A stretch of DNA of 64,000 nucleotides from Callorhinchus milii (lineage: Eukaryota): the NCBI RefSeq assembly GCF_018977255.1, contig NW_024704743.1, positions 69,626,001 to 69,690,000 of the forward strand, written 5' to 3'. A program made the position numbers and the translations under genes. The notes below the pieces were generated by a model that worked only from the letters and a program-made list of their open reading frames with translations, was not told the DNA's origin and ran no database searches. Shown here piece by piece: positions 1 through 14,638 of the stretch (positions are counted from its first letter, which is position 1; every line of letters begins with the position of its first letter).

Positions 1-300
1 CAAAGTGCTTCACAGAATATATTGTAAAGTGGATCGACTGCGTATTTGTGGGGGAAATGCGGTAGCCATTTGTGTACTGCAGTGTCCGACTAATAATCAT
101 GGATTGAGCAAACAAACTTTTTGGGGGAAGGAATTATTGGCGCTCTACTACTTGACTAATAACCGGGTTCCTAATTATTGTTAGTTAAACAGAGGCATGC
201 AAAGTAAGGAAACTTGCCTAAGGTTTCGCCCTGCCTCTAAATTGAACCTGGGTCCTCTCACTTGCGAGGCGAGTGCGCTAACCACTACATTTCAGGACCC
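1..300 (-). mobile_element. SINE family A copy cut by window edge
   Basis: Reverse complement of family A head and core. Confidence 0.85.
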
Positions 301-928
301 CATAGGGAAATTATTTCCAATGTATTATTAATTTACCACTTGATCTGATTTTGTTTACTGTGGAGGCTAACCAATGAAGCAATCTTTTGCGCAAACATCA
401 ATCTTTTAACAATTATGCACTAGATCATGAAGATTCAATTTCTAACATATTTTTAACACAATATTTCCCCACCAGCACCAATCTTTGATTACCCTCATGG
501 TTCTCATGACTTTGGATTTGGTATTAAAGTAAAATGAGTTGTATTGACTGCTTAGTATACTTATGCACATGTCTCACATCTGGGTGCACAACAGGAAGCT
601 CAAGTGGTTTTGCTGAGCCGCCACTTAATGTTGGCGAACAAACCTCTAGTTTGTTTTGAAAGCTGCACTCACACAGAGTGAATTAATTATTCATATTGTC
701 TAAAAGCATAGATAGGTGGAGCTCTGAACTTCATATGACCTAAATAAAATCTCCACAAGAAGCAACCTTAAAATATTCAACTTCTGTAAAAGCTCAGGTA
801 GACTAAATCTGTCTCTTGAAGTAATCATTTCAACAATGCTAAGGTAATTTTGATTGAAAGATGCATATTAACAATACAGTAGATAAGACTGCAATAGAAC
901 TTGTTCCTAACTGTCTGTATTCTCAGTG

Positions 929-954
929 TATATATATATATATATATATATATA
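929..954. repeat. (TA)n microsatellite
   Basis: Direct reading of the sequence. Confidence 0.95.
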
Positions 955-1328
955 TTTTACACAGGTAAAAATATAGACAAACTGTTTTCAGATATCCCAA
1001 TAGTATATTGGGAATTATAGAAGAGTTTGTGTTCCTAGAACAATATTAATTATATTTTTCGCTTGAGAGGTCTCTACACTCCATATGGATTTATGAACAT
1101 ATTAGGGTTGAAAATATGGAATTCGCAATAGGATTTGAAAGGGGTTCACCAATATCAGATCTCCCTATAAATGGATGTCTGTCAAGCTGACATGGAGATT
1201 GGAGTTTAGTTTTTATCGTGCTTGTATTTTAGAAATGATGGACCTGGCCAGTCTAAAGCAGATGGATGTTAACAGTTCAGTGTAGAGGTTTACAATGGAA
1301 AGCTCCTTTCAGCCCACTGCCAACTTAC

Positions 1329-1435
1329 ATTAATCACTGTCCATTGTTCTACAACTATTGCATCGTAGGTTTCACACTTGCCCTCAGATATTTCTTGAAA
1401 GATAAACAGCCCATCCACTGACTTTGATGCCGAAT
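1329..1435 (-). CDS. RFTN1: Raftlin-1 coding exon 6 (107 nt, phase 1 to 0); gene continues beyond the left edge
   Basis: DSASKSVDGLFIFQEISEGKCETYDAIVVEQWTVIN contains the conserved raftlin DAIVVEQWTV motif. aacag acceptor, AAT|GTAAGT donor. Confidence 0.95.
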
Positions 1436-4400
1436 CTGTTCAAACATAAAATATGTTTTGTCAGTACATATGTGTGCAGAACGTCAAAAAAGTAATTACC
1501 ATACAAATATCTGTGTATCTGCCAACCCTTCAACTGGTGATTTACATTTCTCTATGTTATTATTATATTAATCATAAAATAATGCATCACAGCTCTCACA
1601 AATGTCAAAAAAAGTTTATTCCGGTGCTCTACTTCCATTACAATTAACTGAAGAACCTCCATGCACTCTTGGTGTTTTCATTTGTTTTCAGGATAATCTG
1701 TGTTGTATAGAAAGCACCTTAACACATTAAAGATTGAGCTAGTAATGTGGGCTTAACAAGCACTCTTTCTAATTTACAAAATATTACTAACATCTTATCA
1801 AACAATGCTTTTTGATGACTGTACAATTTTAAGATATGGTTTATTCATGTCAAACTGTGTTGTCCTGTGCTATGGAACGATGAGTCCAAATGGATTAAAG
1901 TGCGTTGTTAACTTAAACCCCTCTTGCGAGGTATAATTCTAATTTCAAGTGGCTGATATGTGCTATTGGATGGAGTGGATGCACCAAGATACAAGAGACA
2001 TGGATCTCAGATTTCAGATTCAAGCTTCTGTTAACCAACAGCTCAGATATCTTGCAAGAAGTGGCAAACAGATTTTAGGCTGATCTGCCACGACACATCA
2101 ATAAACATGGTAATGAGCAGATATCAGGGCAGTGCCTCAGGTTAACTGTGCTCACAAAGGAGTGCTCGCTGTAATTCACATCGCATTGTATTTACCTCAG
2201 AAGTGAAGTGAACCAGAAAGTGCTAGACTGATGGATCAACACTCCAGTAACAGTTTGAAGCCGCTAGATGAATTACAGAAAGAAAGATGCCAGAGTTTGC
2301 CACCAAATTGAGGATTCATATATTTATGCAACTCAAAATGGCTTACTCGAGATCAACCAGAGGCAAGGGAGCTGTTTATCAGTTCACTCTCTCAGTGACT
2401 TGGGGAGATCAGTGATTGGGAAGAAAACTGCGGTGAAAAAGAGGATGTAGAACTTCCAAAATTGTACTTTCACCACTAAACATTCCACAGAGAGTACAGA
2501 GGGATAGTGATGAAAGAAACAGTGACCAAGGCAAGGAGGGGATAGAAACAAGGGATCAAAATGTGTTGTGATGTGACGATTATCCCTGTCTGAGTGAGTA
2601 CAGTATCCCTTGTGACAGCAATGAAACATGGAGCTTCATGTGCATCAAGAGCAGTGAAGCTTCAGACAGCGTCTGGCTAAACTACCAGTGTCCTAAAGTC
2701 CAACAGACGCTGGCAGGGGGAGAGTGGGATGAGGGGCGCGAGGGGAGTCACACTGAAAGCAGACAATAGCTAAAGACTGTTGGACAGCAATTTTCAGAGA
2801 GTTGATACTTACCATTTCACATATTTAATTTTTCAATCCAAATTTGGGAAAGGATTCGTGAACAAAGATCATAAGATTGGTTTGGATGAAGAAGGCTCTT
2901 CAGTCCATCTGGTCTCATCCTTCTAGAACACCCATCTTACCATCAACCTCAAGTGAGAGATGAGAAATGACCAGCAACAGCTTTGTATAACCCACATGCA
3001 CTATTACAGTGGGTCAGCTTACAGTCATAGGACAAGCTGCTATGTGTCTGGTAATGGAAGGGTAAGAAATCATTTTTCAAGGATTCTAATGAGTCCAGCA
3101 GACAAAATAACTTGCACTTAGATAGGACTTGAACAGCACTTTCACATAGGGAACGAGTCAAAGTGCTTCACAGACAAAGAGTGGCAACCCAAACACAGTG
3201 GGAGATAAGGTGAAAGGAAGGAGGTAGCTGAGGGCACAGTCAAAACGCGTTTTATATAGTTTAAGTGGAGTAGAGAGTGAGGGGGTAAGGCAGATTTAGA
3301 AAGAGAGGGGCAAGTAAATAAACAAAGCATGTGTGTCTATCATACAAATCCTGTACGTCTTGTATGGTATGTGTATATAATGGTATGTATATAAAGCAAA
3401 TGTGCTCATATGTCTCGATATAGCTCATCTCCAGCCCGTCACTTCTTAATCTCTTCTATCTGATTGTCAGGGAAAGCCTCAGACAGCGGTGCCAGCTATT
3501 ACCCGTGCAATGAGTATGTTCTGCAAATCTACATCCAAAACCCATCAGGATCTGTAAAAGTACCTGTACTTAAATCACCGCTAACTGTTAATAAGTAAGC
3601 TAGTACGTGTGAGATTTATTTGCTGCAAACGAGAATCTTGCCTAAATCAACAACATGATCCATTAGGAATGCACCCAGGGAAACCTAACTGTAGCTTGTT
3701 GGGTAGCAGCTATTATTGCACTACCTTGCTGTTGGCAAACCTCCCAAGCCATTTTCCTTTAGTTTTTATGCACTCAGTAACTATAAAACCACTGTGAATT
3801 ACATAACTGTTTGACATTTTCACAAAGGCCAGTCTACACATAATAATAACAGAAATAATAACAATAACTTATGCATTTGATATAGTGGCTTATTGTGTCA
3901 AAAAGTCTCAAAGCACTTCACAGAGGTTTATTATTAAGTGTTGTGACGTGTATTTGTAGGTGAACCACAGCATCAAATATGCTCACAGCAATATCCCACC
4001 AACAGCCGTGAACCATGAGGCGAATCTCTAATTGCTTTCAAATCAGAGAAGTATTGGAAATTCTCCTGTGATTTCAAATAGTGATATGGGTTCTTTAAAG
4101 TTCACCAGAACCCAGATCAGGCAGACAGGACCTCAGTTCAAAGTCTCATCCAAAGAATGGCACCTCCATCCGACGATGCAGTGTTCCACCAACACCTCAT
4201 TTGGAGTGCAAGCCTAGATTATTGGTCTGAGTACTAAGAACTGACTGACACCCTGCTTTTACAGAGCAGAAGGGAAACAAGAAGAATAGAGGATCATTTT
4301 CTCTGCAATATTGTCTCGTTCCTTTATCAAGTGTGAAGTTCAACTCTTTTTATCCAGATAGTCTCACAAAATCCCAAATCCATTCTATTTTTGGAGGTTT

Positions 4401-4609
4401 CAATTTATGTCTGTGTGTGGCTGTGCAAGTTTTTACATTTTATTGGCCGAATATCCTGTTTCCATGCTTTACATTCTTTGTAAATCTTTGTGTTTTGCCA
4501 ATATGAATCTGTGGAGAATCTGTGCATTGCAGAACTAGCGAACAAACACCTTGCTCTGAGAGTTCCCAGTAGTTGGTATTAGAAACTATTAAACATCACA
4601 GCAGGTCAC

Positions 4610-4975
4610 CTTAGTGGTTAGAGCACTCGCCTCGCAAGCGAGAGACCTGGGTTCGATTCCCGGCAGGGTGAAACGTTGGGCAAGTTTCCTTACTCCATAC
4701 GCCTTTGTTTACCTAGCAGTAAGTAGGAACCCGGTTATTAGTCAATAGGTGGATCACTTTTCCGGGGATAATAATCCCTCCAAAAAATAATAATAATAAT
4801 TTGGTTATTCAATCCACGACTGTTTGTGGGACACTGCTGTGTACGACTGGTTGCTGAGTTTTGCCCACAAAATACAGTCAGTTCACTCTACAGTGTATTC
4901 TGTGAAGTGCTTTGAGACGTCTTGAAGACGTGATAAGGCGCTATATCAAATGCAAGGGTTATTATTGTTATTTTT
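4610..4975 (+). mobile_element. SINE family A copy
   Basis: B box GGTTCGATTCC; same core and tail as 28290-28670. Confidence 0.9.
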
Positions 4976-5105
4976 CACAATTCTCAGATACACGGGTGAC
5001 CAAGTCCATCTCCAAACCAGATTGCTGTACAGTGTGTAATATTAGTGCAATCTATCATTGGAAAGAAAGCTACAGTAATTTTCTATAAAAGGTTGGTTTC
5101 AGTAC

Positions 5106-5309
5106 CTGTCAAGGTTCCAAGGCAGATCAAAGCGTCGACCAGCGAGGCTCCCTTTGTGAAGTGCTGGGTCATGTGTTCCAGCCAGTCTGCCTCAATACTG
5201 TTAATATCCTGTCCCTTTTTAAAGATCTTCAGGGGAATTGTAGCAGTGTAGTACTTGTAGCATTTCTGGTTTTCTTGCGGCTTATTAAAAAGGACAAAAA
5301 ACTCATTTT
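5106..5309 (-). CDS. RFTN1: Raftlin-1 coding exon 5 (204 nt, phase 1 to 1)
   Basis: Hand translation ENEFFVLFNKPQENQKCYKYYTATIPLKIFKKGQDINSIEADWLEHMTQHFTKGASLVDALICLGTLT matches RFTN1 LFNKP...WLEHMSDHFRKGG. cacag acceptor, G|GTAC donor. Absent from the ORF track. Confidence 0.95.
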
Positions 5310-8300
5310 CTGTGAAAAAGAAGGAACAAAACAGGATTAACTTATGCAGCTTTAAAGCATATTTCTACAATGTTAAAACCGAAATAATGGCATTGTCTCA
5401 TTTATGCATTTACTTAAGGTGTCTTTAATTCAATGCTCGTACAGTCGATCACGCCCCAGGGCTCTTGGCAAAGCAGTAATAGAAGAAGAGCTGCCAGTTC
5501 CGTCTACTTATCTATCGCTCAGTCAAAATATATTAGGTTTTGACTCATCTGGTAGATGGCACTGGTGGCTTCCATTGCAGGTGGACACAGTCCTTTGCTT
5601 TCTCTCGGTTTAATCCACACTAGGGGCCCCAAATACTTCATGTTCTCAGGCTTAACACCATTGTCTTTCAATGTGAGATAGTATGAAAAACCATCATAAA
5701 TTCAGTCTTAATTCAGAAGCTGTTCTTTTTCAGCATTGCAGAACATTGGCCAGGGTAGCACAGTCTTACACTATAAACCCTCTCTTTGGTTCAGTATTTT
5801 GTCTCCATCCTCACAGAGTCAGCTCTGAGCATTATTCATCAGTGAACTGCATGTGGGACCTCTTTAATTGGATTCAGGCTCAAGTTAATGAGTTTAATTG
5901 GAGTTTTGCCGACATCTTTGGCAAAAGTATTTCCGACAGCTGAAGTCCACGCAGGAAACGTTTAATCTGTATCCACAGCCAACCACTGTTACATTGCACA
6001 TGGCATTGCATCTGCGAGTGCCATTAGTCTCTAGGAAATATCTGTGACAGAGGGCCCTTCCCCTCCTCCACAGCAGGTCTCTGTGCATGCACAGTGCCTA
6101 TATGCTGGAAAACATATGGGAAAATAATCAGACCTTACTGGGATAAATAAGGACAAATAGTGGTCGGAAACTTCTTTTCATTTTTATGCTTCATAGTTTT
6201 AAATTTCATCAGGCACTAATACTAAATACACTGTATATTCTAGGATATGCCAATAGCTTGTATATATCTTAGATTAGCTACATTATTGCTATTATATATT
6301 TAAACATTTTAACATGGAGCCAAATATCTGAACTCCTGAATTTATTGTTCTATAGGTGCAGTACCTTCTGTGACATGTACTTTGAAACTATTTTTCTAGC
6401 CATTATGATCTGCAAATGACTAACATTTGGTTCATCATTTCAAACATCTTTATAAAAATAAAATAATGCACCATAAATCAAAGCCACAGAGCAGGAAAAA
6501 TACAATTTGCTAGTTAATCGATCCCTGTGCTTTATGAAGATTTAACAGCTCTAACAGCTGTCTCATTTTCATCTCAGGGCTCGCTTTATTATTGTTTTCT
6601 TTAAGATGTTGCTCTTCATCTTGGAAATTCATTCATCTCAGATCAGCATCCTCTTCACCCTAACTCACTGAGGGGTCAGATTTCCAGTCCATGTGATATT
6701 TATCACATCAAATGGCCACCAGTAGATACCCATCTCTCCTTGTATCCACCTTCACGGTGCTCTTCCAAATAGTGAAATCTGAGAATAGGTCCGCTTGTTG
6801 CATTTGTAGCTCATGAAACATGTCTTCTGTTGGAGAGTGTTAGAGAGATACCAAATTTTTCAGGTTTGGTTTACCAAAAGGATGGCAACCTTCTAGCCAA
6901 CAGCAGAATCCAATTCCTGAACTAGAATTCCAACCCGGCTACTCTGAGAACAGTAACAGGAAAGTCCACATTTGATGTGATCACACGGACTGTAAATTTA
7001 ACCCATTCACTTTTCTGGAACCTCATTTAAAACTTACATGAGGGAGAAGGGAATGAAGAGGAAAAAATAAGGGGATTTGGAGGGGTGAGGGCTTGTGTGG
7101 AGTATAAACACTGGCACAAACTAGTTGTTTGAAAGGCCTGTTTCTGTGCCTTTTCATTCTATGTAACGCACCTAGTGTTAAAGGTACTGTTTACTAAAGA
7201 TTCCTGCCACTCTGAGACAGATAAATCATTGGTTATTAATTGTTTTGTTCCTGAATTCATTGATATGAGCCGTCTCTTCTCAATTATTTAACATTAAAGC
7301 CATTAAAACAGTAAGGAGGGCTCGAGGTAGGGAGTCAAACTTTCTTGAAAACTTCACCAGAGCCACAGAAGGCAAGAATATGTTATTCATTTTAAAATAC
7401 ATTTTTTTTTGAAAGGTTAATAATCCCTTCAAAAATAAATAAATAAAATAATAATAATTTAGTCAATCCATGACTGTTTGTGGGACACTGTTGTGTGCAA
7501 TTGGTGGCCGCGTTTTTCCACAAAATAACAATAATAATAATCCTTGCATTTGATATAGCGCCTTATCACGTCTTTGAGACATCTCAAAGCTCTTCACAAA
7601 ATATACTATAAAGTGAATTAACTGTGAATGTTATTGGCAAAAGTATAAAGTCAATTCACATTAGAGCATATTCTGTGAAGTGTATTGGGATGTCTTAACA
7701 ATATGATAAGGTGGTATATCAAATGCAAGGATTATTATTATTAGTTAAACATTTCTGTTATATGTCCCATTCATCTGCTGGGATTGGCTCTCATGTTTCC
7801 TATTATTGCAACACTTAAGTTAAAGATCCATTCAAACTTTAACTTTAAATGCAATTTAGCAGTTGTGGTTTAATAGCATGTGGTATTTATTACGTTTTCT
7901 TTTTATTCTTCATTTTGATAATGAAAATGTTGATCAGTCTTTATGGTCCAAGATGGCAAATAAAGCTTTTGATTTATAGGTTGAAGGCAGAGGACTAATT
8001 GGATCCTTCTAGCCTTCTGAATTTACAGCCTGCTTTTCGGAAAGCAAATACCAAAAACAAATTGGTTGTCAAAGACAACAAGCAGATGCATTTGACTGAT
8101 GTTGCATTTCCAGCAGACGACATAAAACATTATTATTCAGCAACGTGAGAAGTTTAAGTCAACAAAATCTGAAATTGTTAATAGGATTTTAATTATAAAT
8201 TAATTAATTATAATATTTTCATTAAAATGGAAATTTTTAGCTGTTTATTATGCAAATATAAGAAATGTGTCTAAAATCTGAAGTAATGCTGTTTGTTATT

Positions 8301-8789
8301 GCCAGCTAAAACATTACAAACTTTTGGAGTGTCCTCATTACCATTAAAGGTCTGTGATCAGATATGAATCTTTTCTTATTTCTGCACCTGGAGATCTCTG
8401 TAAACAGCCCCCAGAAAAATCAGCCTGGTTTCGGACAGGAAATCATTAAAAAAGAAAGCTGGGGAATTGTCTTGTAAGAGGTGCCTTTGTCCTACAAGAA
8501 CAGTGTCAATATTCTAGACTGACTGCTGAAGTGTTTAGTATCTGTATAATTCTGGTATCCTTTAATGTATTGTACAATAAACAACATCAACTTATTTTCC
8601 AGCTAAAAGCAAAGTAACTGATGGAGGCATATAGAGGATGGATGTCCTGAGAAAACAACATGCTTGTTGAAGCAAAGACAGAAACTTGACACAAACACAA
8701 TGATGTTAAAAAGACATTCATCAGGAAACTGCCAAATTGTGCTAGAAATGAGGTCCCACAGATCAGGATTGGGACTCACTGCACAAAAT

Positions 8790-9500
8790 GCCAGTCAGAA
8801 ACCTGGGCGTCTTGTTTGACCCTGAACTGTCCTTTCTCCCCCACATCCGCACCATGACCGGCACTGCCTACCACCACCTCCGCAACATTGCCAGACTCCG
8901 CCACTGCCTCACCCCTCAGGCTGCCGAAACCCTCACCCACGCATTCATCACATCAAGGCTCGATTACGGGAACTCCCTCCTCATAGGCGTTCCCAACTCT
9001 TCCCTTCACAAGCTGCAGATCATCCAAAACTCTGCAGCTCGTGTACTCTCACGCACCAGGCTCCGTGACCCCATCACTCCCACCCTCGCCCGACTCCACT
9101 GACTCCCCATCCCCCAGAGGATCGAGTTCAAGATCCTCGTCCTCACCTATAAGACCATCCATGGCCTTGCTCCCTCCTACCTCTCTGACCCTCTCCATGT
9201 CTCCTGCCCGACCCGCCCTACCATTGGTGGCCGGGCTTTCAGCCTCTCTGCCCCCACACTCTGGAACTGGAACTCCATCCCACGGTCCCTTCTCCTCGCT
9301 TCCTCCCTTGCCTCCTTCAAGGCCGGTCTCAAGACCCTTCTCTTCGACCGTGCCTTTGGTCTCCCTCCCACCTCTCTGCCTTCCCTCACCCGTTCCCACC
9401 CCTCCCCCATGCTCAGGCCCCGATACCTGACTGCCCAGCGCTTTGGGACGTCCTTCCGACGTGAAAGGCGCTCTATAAATGTAATTTTGTTGTTGTTGTT
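8790..9500 (+). mobile_element. L2-clade LINE, 5'-truncated 3' end
   Basis: ORF VRNLGVLFDPELSF...HAFITSRLDYGNSLL...LQIIQNSAAR is the L2 ORF2 C-terminus; tail GTGAAAGGCGCTCTATAAATGTAA then (TTG)n. Confidence 0.93.
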
Positions 9501-9799
9501 TTTGTTGATGCACTTTATATCCCGAGACCCTATTTTGTCACAATTTGTGTTGCCATATTCGCAATTGTTGGAGCTGTTACTTGGATTGTTTCTCACCCGC
9601 ACAGACATTTTTTCCCTAAATTGGCTGATTGTGGCAATACACTGACTACTTTCGATTCATTTAAAATAATCCCCTCACCTCTGCAGATTCGATTGCTCTG
9701 TTTTACGACATTATCACTGGTGAAAATCATCATTTCACATCTCGCAATTTATTGACACTAGATAAATATCCCAAGCACGGCACAAGGACATCAACTCAC

Positions 9800-10418
9800 C
9801 CACTCCAGTTTTCTTTCCATCCTCTTCAGGCTTTCCTGTACTCGACTGGCCCTCATGTTTCCTGCTTTTAGGATCAGACTCAGAAGTGATCTCATCTGCT
9901 TCAATGCTTCCTGGGTTCTTCTCCACCTCAGGGTGTTCACTTGTCTCTATGACAGATTGCTCACCTCCAGCTGCCTCCCCACCCTGCAGTCCCTCTGCTG
10001 CTTTGGCTTTCTCTGCTTGAAGTGAAACTCCTTCTTCATCACTTGCTTTATCTTCCGTCTTATGACTAACTAAGCTCTCGTTTTTCATCAGTCCACTGTC
10101 TTCCCCGCTTGCCGAATCTGCCAGAGCTTGTCCATTGATTTGTCCTTCATCTTTCACTTGTTCCTGTTCTCCTTCAGATTGTGACCTCTCCTCTGGGCTT
10201 CTTTCCTGTCTTGACTCCCCATTTGTAGCCTCTTTTTCCTGATTCTCTGTACTTTCATCAGTATTCACACCATTTTGCACATTTTCCACAGATTTGCTTT
10301 CCTCTTTTGAGTCGCTACTCACTAAGGTCTCTGCGATAGTTTCAGCCAAATTTACCTTGGAATATTGACGCTGCACAAGTCCAACAAATTGTATCCCTTT
10401 TCCTGATCCTTCCTGCAC
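9800..10418 (-). CDS. RFTN1: Raftlin-1 coding exon 4 (619 nt, phase 0 to 1), long acidic low-complexity exon
   Basis: Starts VQEGSGKGIQFVGLVQRQY (cf. RFTN1 IQEAASQGLKFVGVIPQY), then an E/S/K/G-rich open frame. ttag acceptor at 10419, G|GTGAGT donor at 9799. Confidence 0.92.
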
Positions 10419-13400
10419 CTAATAATCAATAAGAAAGCCATTATTTTTCAAATAATGTGTTTTTTTTTCAGCTTTTTCTTATTTTCTCTCCTGGCATGAT
10501 AAGTATGCCGGATTATAATTCTGTAAACATCAAGAGCAAACACTGCCATTTAGTTACTGTTTATTTGCATCTACACTGTGGTGTTTACAAAGCATTTATC
10601 TGCATATCTGGAGCCTTGACATTGCAAAAGAACGCCTAATATAAATTATGATCTTAGCAGGGACCTCCATGTATGTCACAATGACCTGTGATATCCTATC
10701 TCTCACCATACAAGATCCTATTTGGTTTCTTTATTTTGGTAGCACTATTGCCTCTGGGTCAGACAATTGTGGTTTCAGGCTTTTGAGATTTTGCTTCAGG
10801 ATTTTGAGCTCACAGCCTGGACTAACACTCTAGTGCAGTGCTGGGGGAGTGCTGCGTTGTTGGAGGTGTGCTGTCCTTTGGATTAGATGCTAAATGAGAT
10901 CCTGTTGATGGAAGGTCAAAGTGACGCACACAGGGGTCATTGCTAAGATCATAATTTATTTCAGGTGTTTTTTACAATGTCAAGGCTCCAATTATGCAGA
11001 TGGACATTATAGATGTCATAAAAATGTTCAAAAAGAGAAGGGAATTTCTTCCAATGTCAGATCAATAATCCTCCAGATAAAAATTAGTCATTCTCTTCAT
11101 GGCTGTTTATGGGACATTGCTTTGTGCAAATTGGCTACCGCATTTTTCTACAAATATAGAATCACTGCACTTTACCACAATTACTTATGAGTATGTTGAG
11201 ATATTCTGACTTTTTTTTATTCATCTCGGGATGCGAGTGACACTGAGGCCAGAATTTCTTTCCCATCCCTGGTTGCCCTGAGAAGCGACTTCTCTTTAAA
11301 CTGCTGTAGTCCTAATATAAAGGCACTATATCAAATGCAAGGCTAATGTATTATTATTATTTATTGCTTTCTTTTCTTTCTACCTGGAAACTGTAACATT
11401 CCCTGCAAGGATATAGGCTTGTTTCCACCACAGCACATTACTTCTTTCCTGTTGCAAAGCATCTTTGCTCGCGATTTGACATTTAACTTCAGATAATATT
11501 TACTGCACAACTGTATTAGCCCCCGTTAGACTTTAAAGACCACTTAAATTCATTGATAATGTACCGTCATTGGCTGGTATACCTTTTTAACAGTGGGTAA
11601 ACTGTACATATTCAGGACCCAGTGCACACTACAAATCAGATCTGTTTATTCATAACTGTATTTTGTAATCATTACATTTCCTCACTGTACCATTGGTATT
11701 AGTTGGCTGTTTATAACAGAACAACCCACTCCCCCTTCCCCCGGTTACCATTATATGAAGTATGGTGACAAGTGCTGGTGATTCAGCACTGATGCTGAAC
11801 AACAAACATGGTTAAGGTTCCCATCTTTAAGCCATCCTTTGGAGAGCTGACAAAAACATTGATACAAACTTTTCTTCACTGTAGAATAATAATGGAATGA
11901 GCAGCAATGCAAATACAGTTTGCTCAGATTGGAAGCCACTGCGCTAATGGTAATTTCCTATTTGTGATTCAAATTGCAGAACTTTCTATGAAATTTGCTT
12001 AAAAAATGCAGGGGGAATAAAACTGAACCGGCAAGGTCTGCGTGTGACAGTCTGGCTCAGTTGGTAGCACTCTGAGTCAGAAGATTGTGGGTTCAAGTTA
12101 CACAGGAACTCATAAAGTCTAGGTTGACACGCTAAAGCAATGCTAGGGTTGTCCTGCATTGTTGGAGGTGGCATTCTTCAGATGAGACATTAAACCAAGG
12201 TCATGTCTGCCTGTACAGCAGGACATTACTTTCAAATATGCCAAGACAACAGGACAAGCTCAGGGTTGTGAAGTATAATTTTAGGAAGTATTAGTATCTG
12301 CACTCCCAGACCCTCTTCCCTCCAGCTGCCAATAGTTGCTACAATCATAACTCTGTCAGGATTAAAAATACACTGTTCTCATTTCTGATCACCTCCTCAC
12401 TACATTTCATCTTCGTAAACCTCACCAACTTCAGGCCTGACTCAGGATTCAATGCCGTATGCTTCCCTTCTCGTTTTGAGCTGTGCTATGGGATCTTTAT
12501 CCACCTGAACAGTTCGAAGGGTCTTTGGTTTAACATCTCAACCAAAGGACAGCATCTCTTATAATGCAGCTATCGGTGGGGTGGGGGGCGGGGGGTGGGG
12601 CGGGGAGGGGGTTTGAGGCAAGGGCCTTCTCCTTGCAGCTAAACTGGCCCCAAGGTGACATGCCTGGCAACATGCCTTCTGTAGCGGTCTCAGTTCCTGA
12701 GCCAGGGGGTCTGCAGTATTCTGGGACACTGGTGATGACAGCACAGCCAGCCTGGCTCATCGGCAGGACCTGGAAGGGTAGAGCAGTCACTGGGGGCAGG
12801 GAATACATCCCAATCAGTTCCTGTTAACCCCGCAAGCCAAAGTCCTAACAGGCTCCTTGCTTTGGAAATTTCTTCAACTCAGTCTTAATTTGGAAGCGAG
12901 TTCATTTTAAGAACCTTGAAAACTGACTTCCCACTGAAGATTGATGTCAGAATGTTAAACAATTCTGCACAATATTAAGCGTTTTTATGCCTCCTGGTGT
13001 TCAAACTACCACTGCCAGTAAATTAATAATGATTTGATTCAGAAAGCATCCATCCATTACATCAAGAAATAGTGGACATTTTTCCATTTTCTTTCAAGCA
13101 CAATTTAATCATACTCGTTGAACAGGACTCATGCTGAATACGTTCCCTCACTGTGTTTTCGTAGATTCAGCGATTTGGATTGTGCAACTGAGACACTCAA
13201 AAATAATCTCTTCAGATCTCAGAAAGTTAAAATGATTCTGTGTTTAATAAAATAACAATCTTTGTATTTAATCTAGAGATTTTAATGTCTCAAAGATTGA
13301 TAGGGAACCAAATTTTTACCAGGCAAGTTATAATAATCCTTGTGTTTAGTATTGTTTTTATCAAGGTGTCTCAAAGCGCTTCACAGGATATACTGTAATG

Positions 13401-13731
13401 TGATGTGGCCGTGTGTATTTTGTGAGCAGATTAGTTCAATACAGAAGTGCATTGCTGGTTGTATCTGAAGTTCTCCATTGATTTGAAAACAGTGTTTGCA
13501 GAAGAAAGTAAGCAGCCACATCGAGAGGAAGTTACATTTCCTGAGTGGAGGTGCCTTAATTCAGGGTGGAACTAAGCCAAGCCACTGAACACACAGGGTC
13601 TGGGGAATTTATCCAAGTTCCAGTTTGAAAGTCAACACCTGCAATTAGAAGGTCTTCAACAATGTTTTGGTTATGTGACAATAATGCAGTGTACAGGTTT
13701 AACAGAAAACAAAAATGGATTAAATTCTTAC

Positions 13732-13840
13732 TTTTTGTAGAACATCTGCTAGCAGTTTGGAGTTAAGAAGCTGCTCCGACTGCAAACACAATTCTACTTC
13801 CAGGCTGCATGGCTCCGTCTTGATATGATTGTCTTCAGAG
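13732..13840 (-). CDS. RFTN1: Raftlin-1 coding exon 3 (109 nt, phase 2 to 0)
   Basis: SEDNHIKTEPCSLEVELCLQSEQLLNSKLLADVLQK. ccccag acceptor, AAA|GTAAGA donor; phases fit both neighbours. Confidence 0.88.
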
Positions 13841-14607
13841 CTGGGGAGATTGTAGGGCAAGAAATAAGAGATAGAGTCATCCTCAAAGATATCTGTTTGG
13901 TAACAGAAATTCATGTTTTATTGCCTTTTAAAAAACTATTCACCGCCAGCATCAGCAACATCCCCCAGCAAAGGAGTCTCATTTAATTAGTTATTATTCA
14001 TATATGATCTTCGACTTCTAGTGTAAGCAGCCTTTTTAAATAATCTTATCATTTTATTGAGTCATCTCAAAGCGCTTCACAAGATTTGCTGTAAAGTCTA
14101 GTGACTGTGTATTTTGCAGGTGAACACAGCAGCTAATCTGAGCAAAGCAAAGTCCCACAAACAGCCAGGAAGTGTATGACCAATAGTGTCATGGGATCTT
14201 CAACGTCTATCTGAACAGGCAAACAGGTCATCAGTGTAACATCTCACCTGACCATGAAAGGGGGGAGGGATTCACAACCAAGTTGAATTCAACTATGACT
14301 CCAATATCCACACCTGAATAATGACCAGGAGCAGAAACACTGACTGATGTTCCCCTCCCAGTGACACTGAGGCCAGCTGAGATGAGATAACAGCACAGAC
14401 TATCACAGACTGAGACTATGGAATCTGGGACTACCTTTTCCGGGGACAATAATTCCTTTAAATAATTTGGTTACTCAATCCACAACTGTTTGTGGGACAC
14501 TATTGTGCACAATTGGCTGCCACGTTTCGCCCATAAAACACAGTATATTTTGTGAAGCGTTTTGAGACGTTTCGAAGACATGATAAGGCACTATATCAAA
14601 TGCAAGG

Positions 14608-14638
<31 letters not shown>

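Noticed and set aside
9041-9645. Overlapping Pro/Ser-rich and Gly/Arg-rich ORFs (also 55024-55657, 57835-58469, 37455-38002)
   Set aside because: Alternative and antisense frames of C-rich L2 3' ends.
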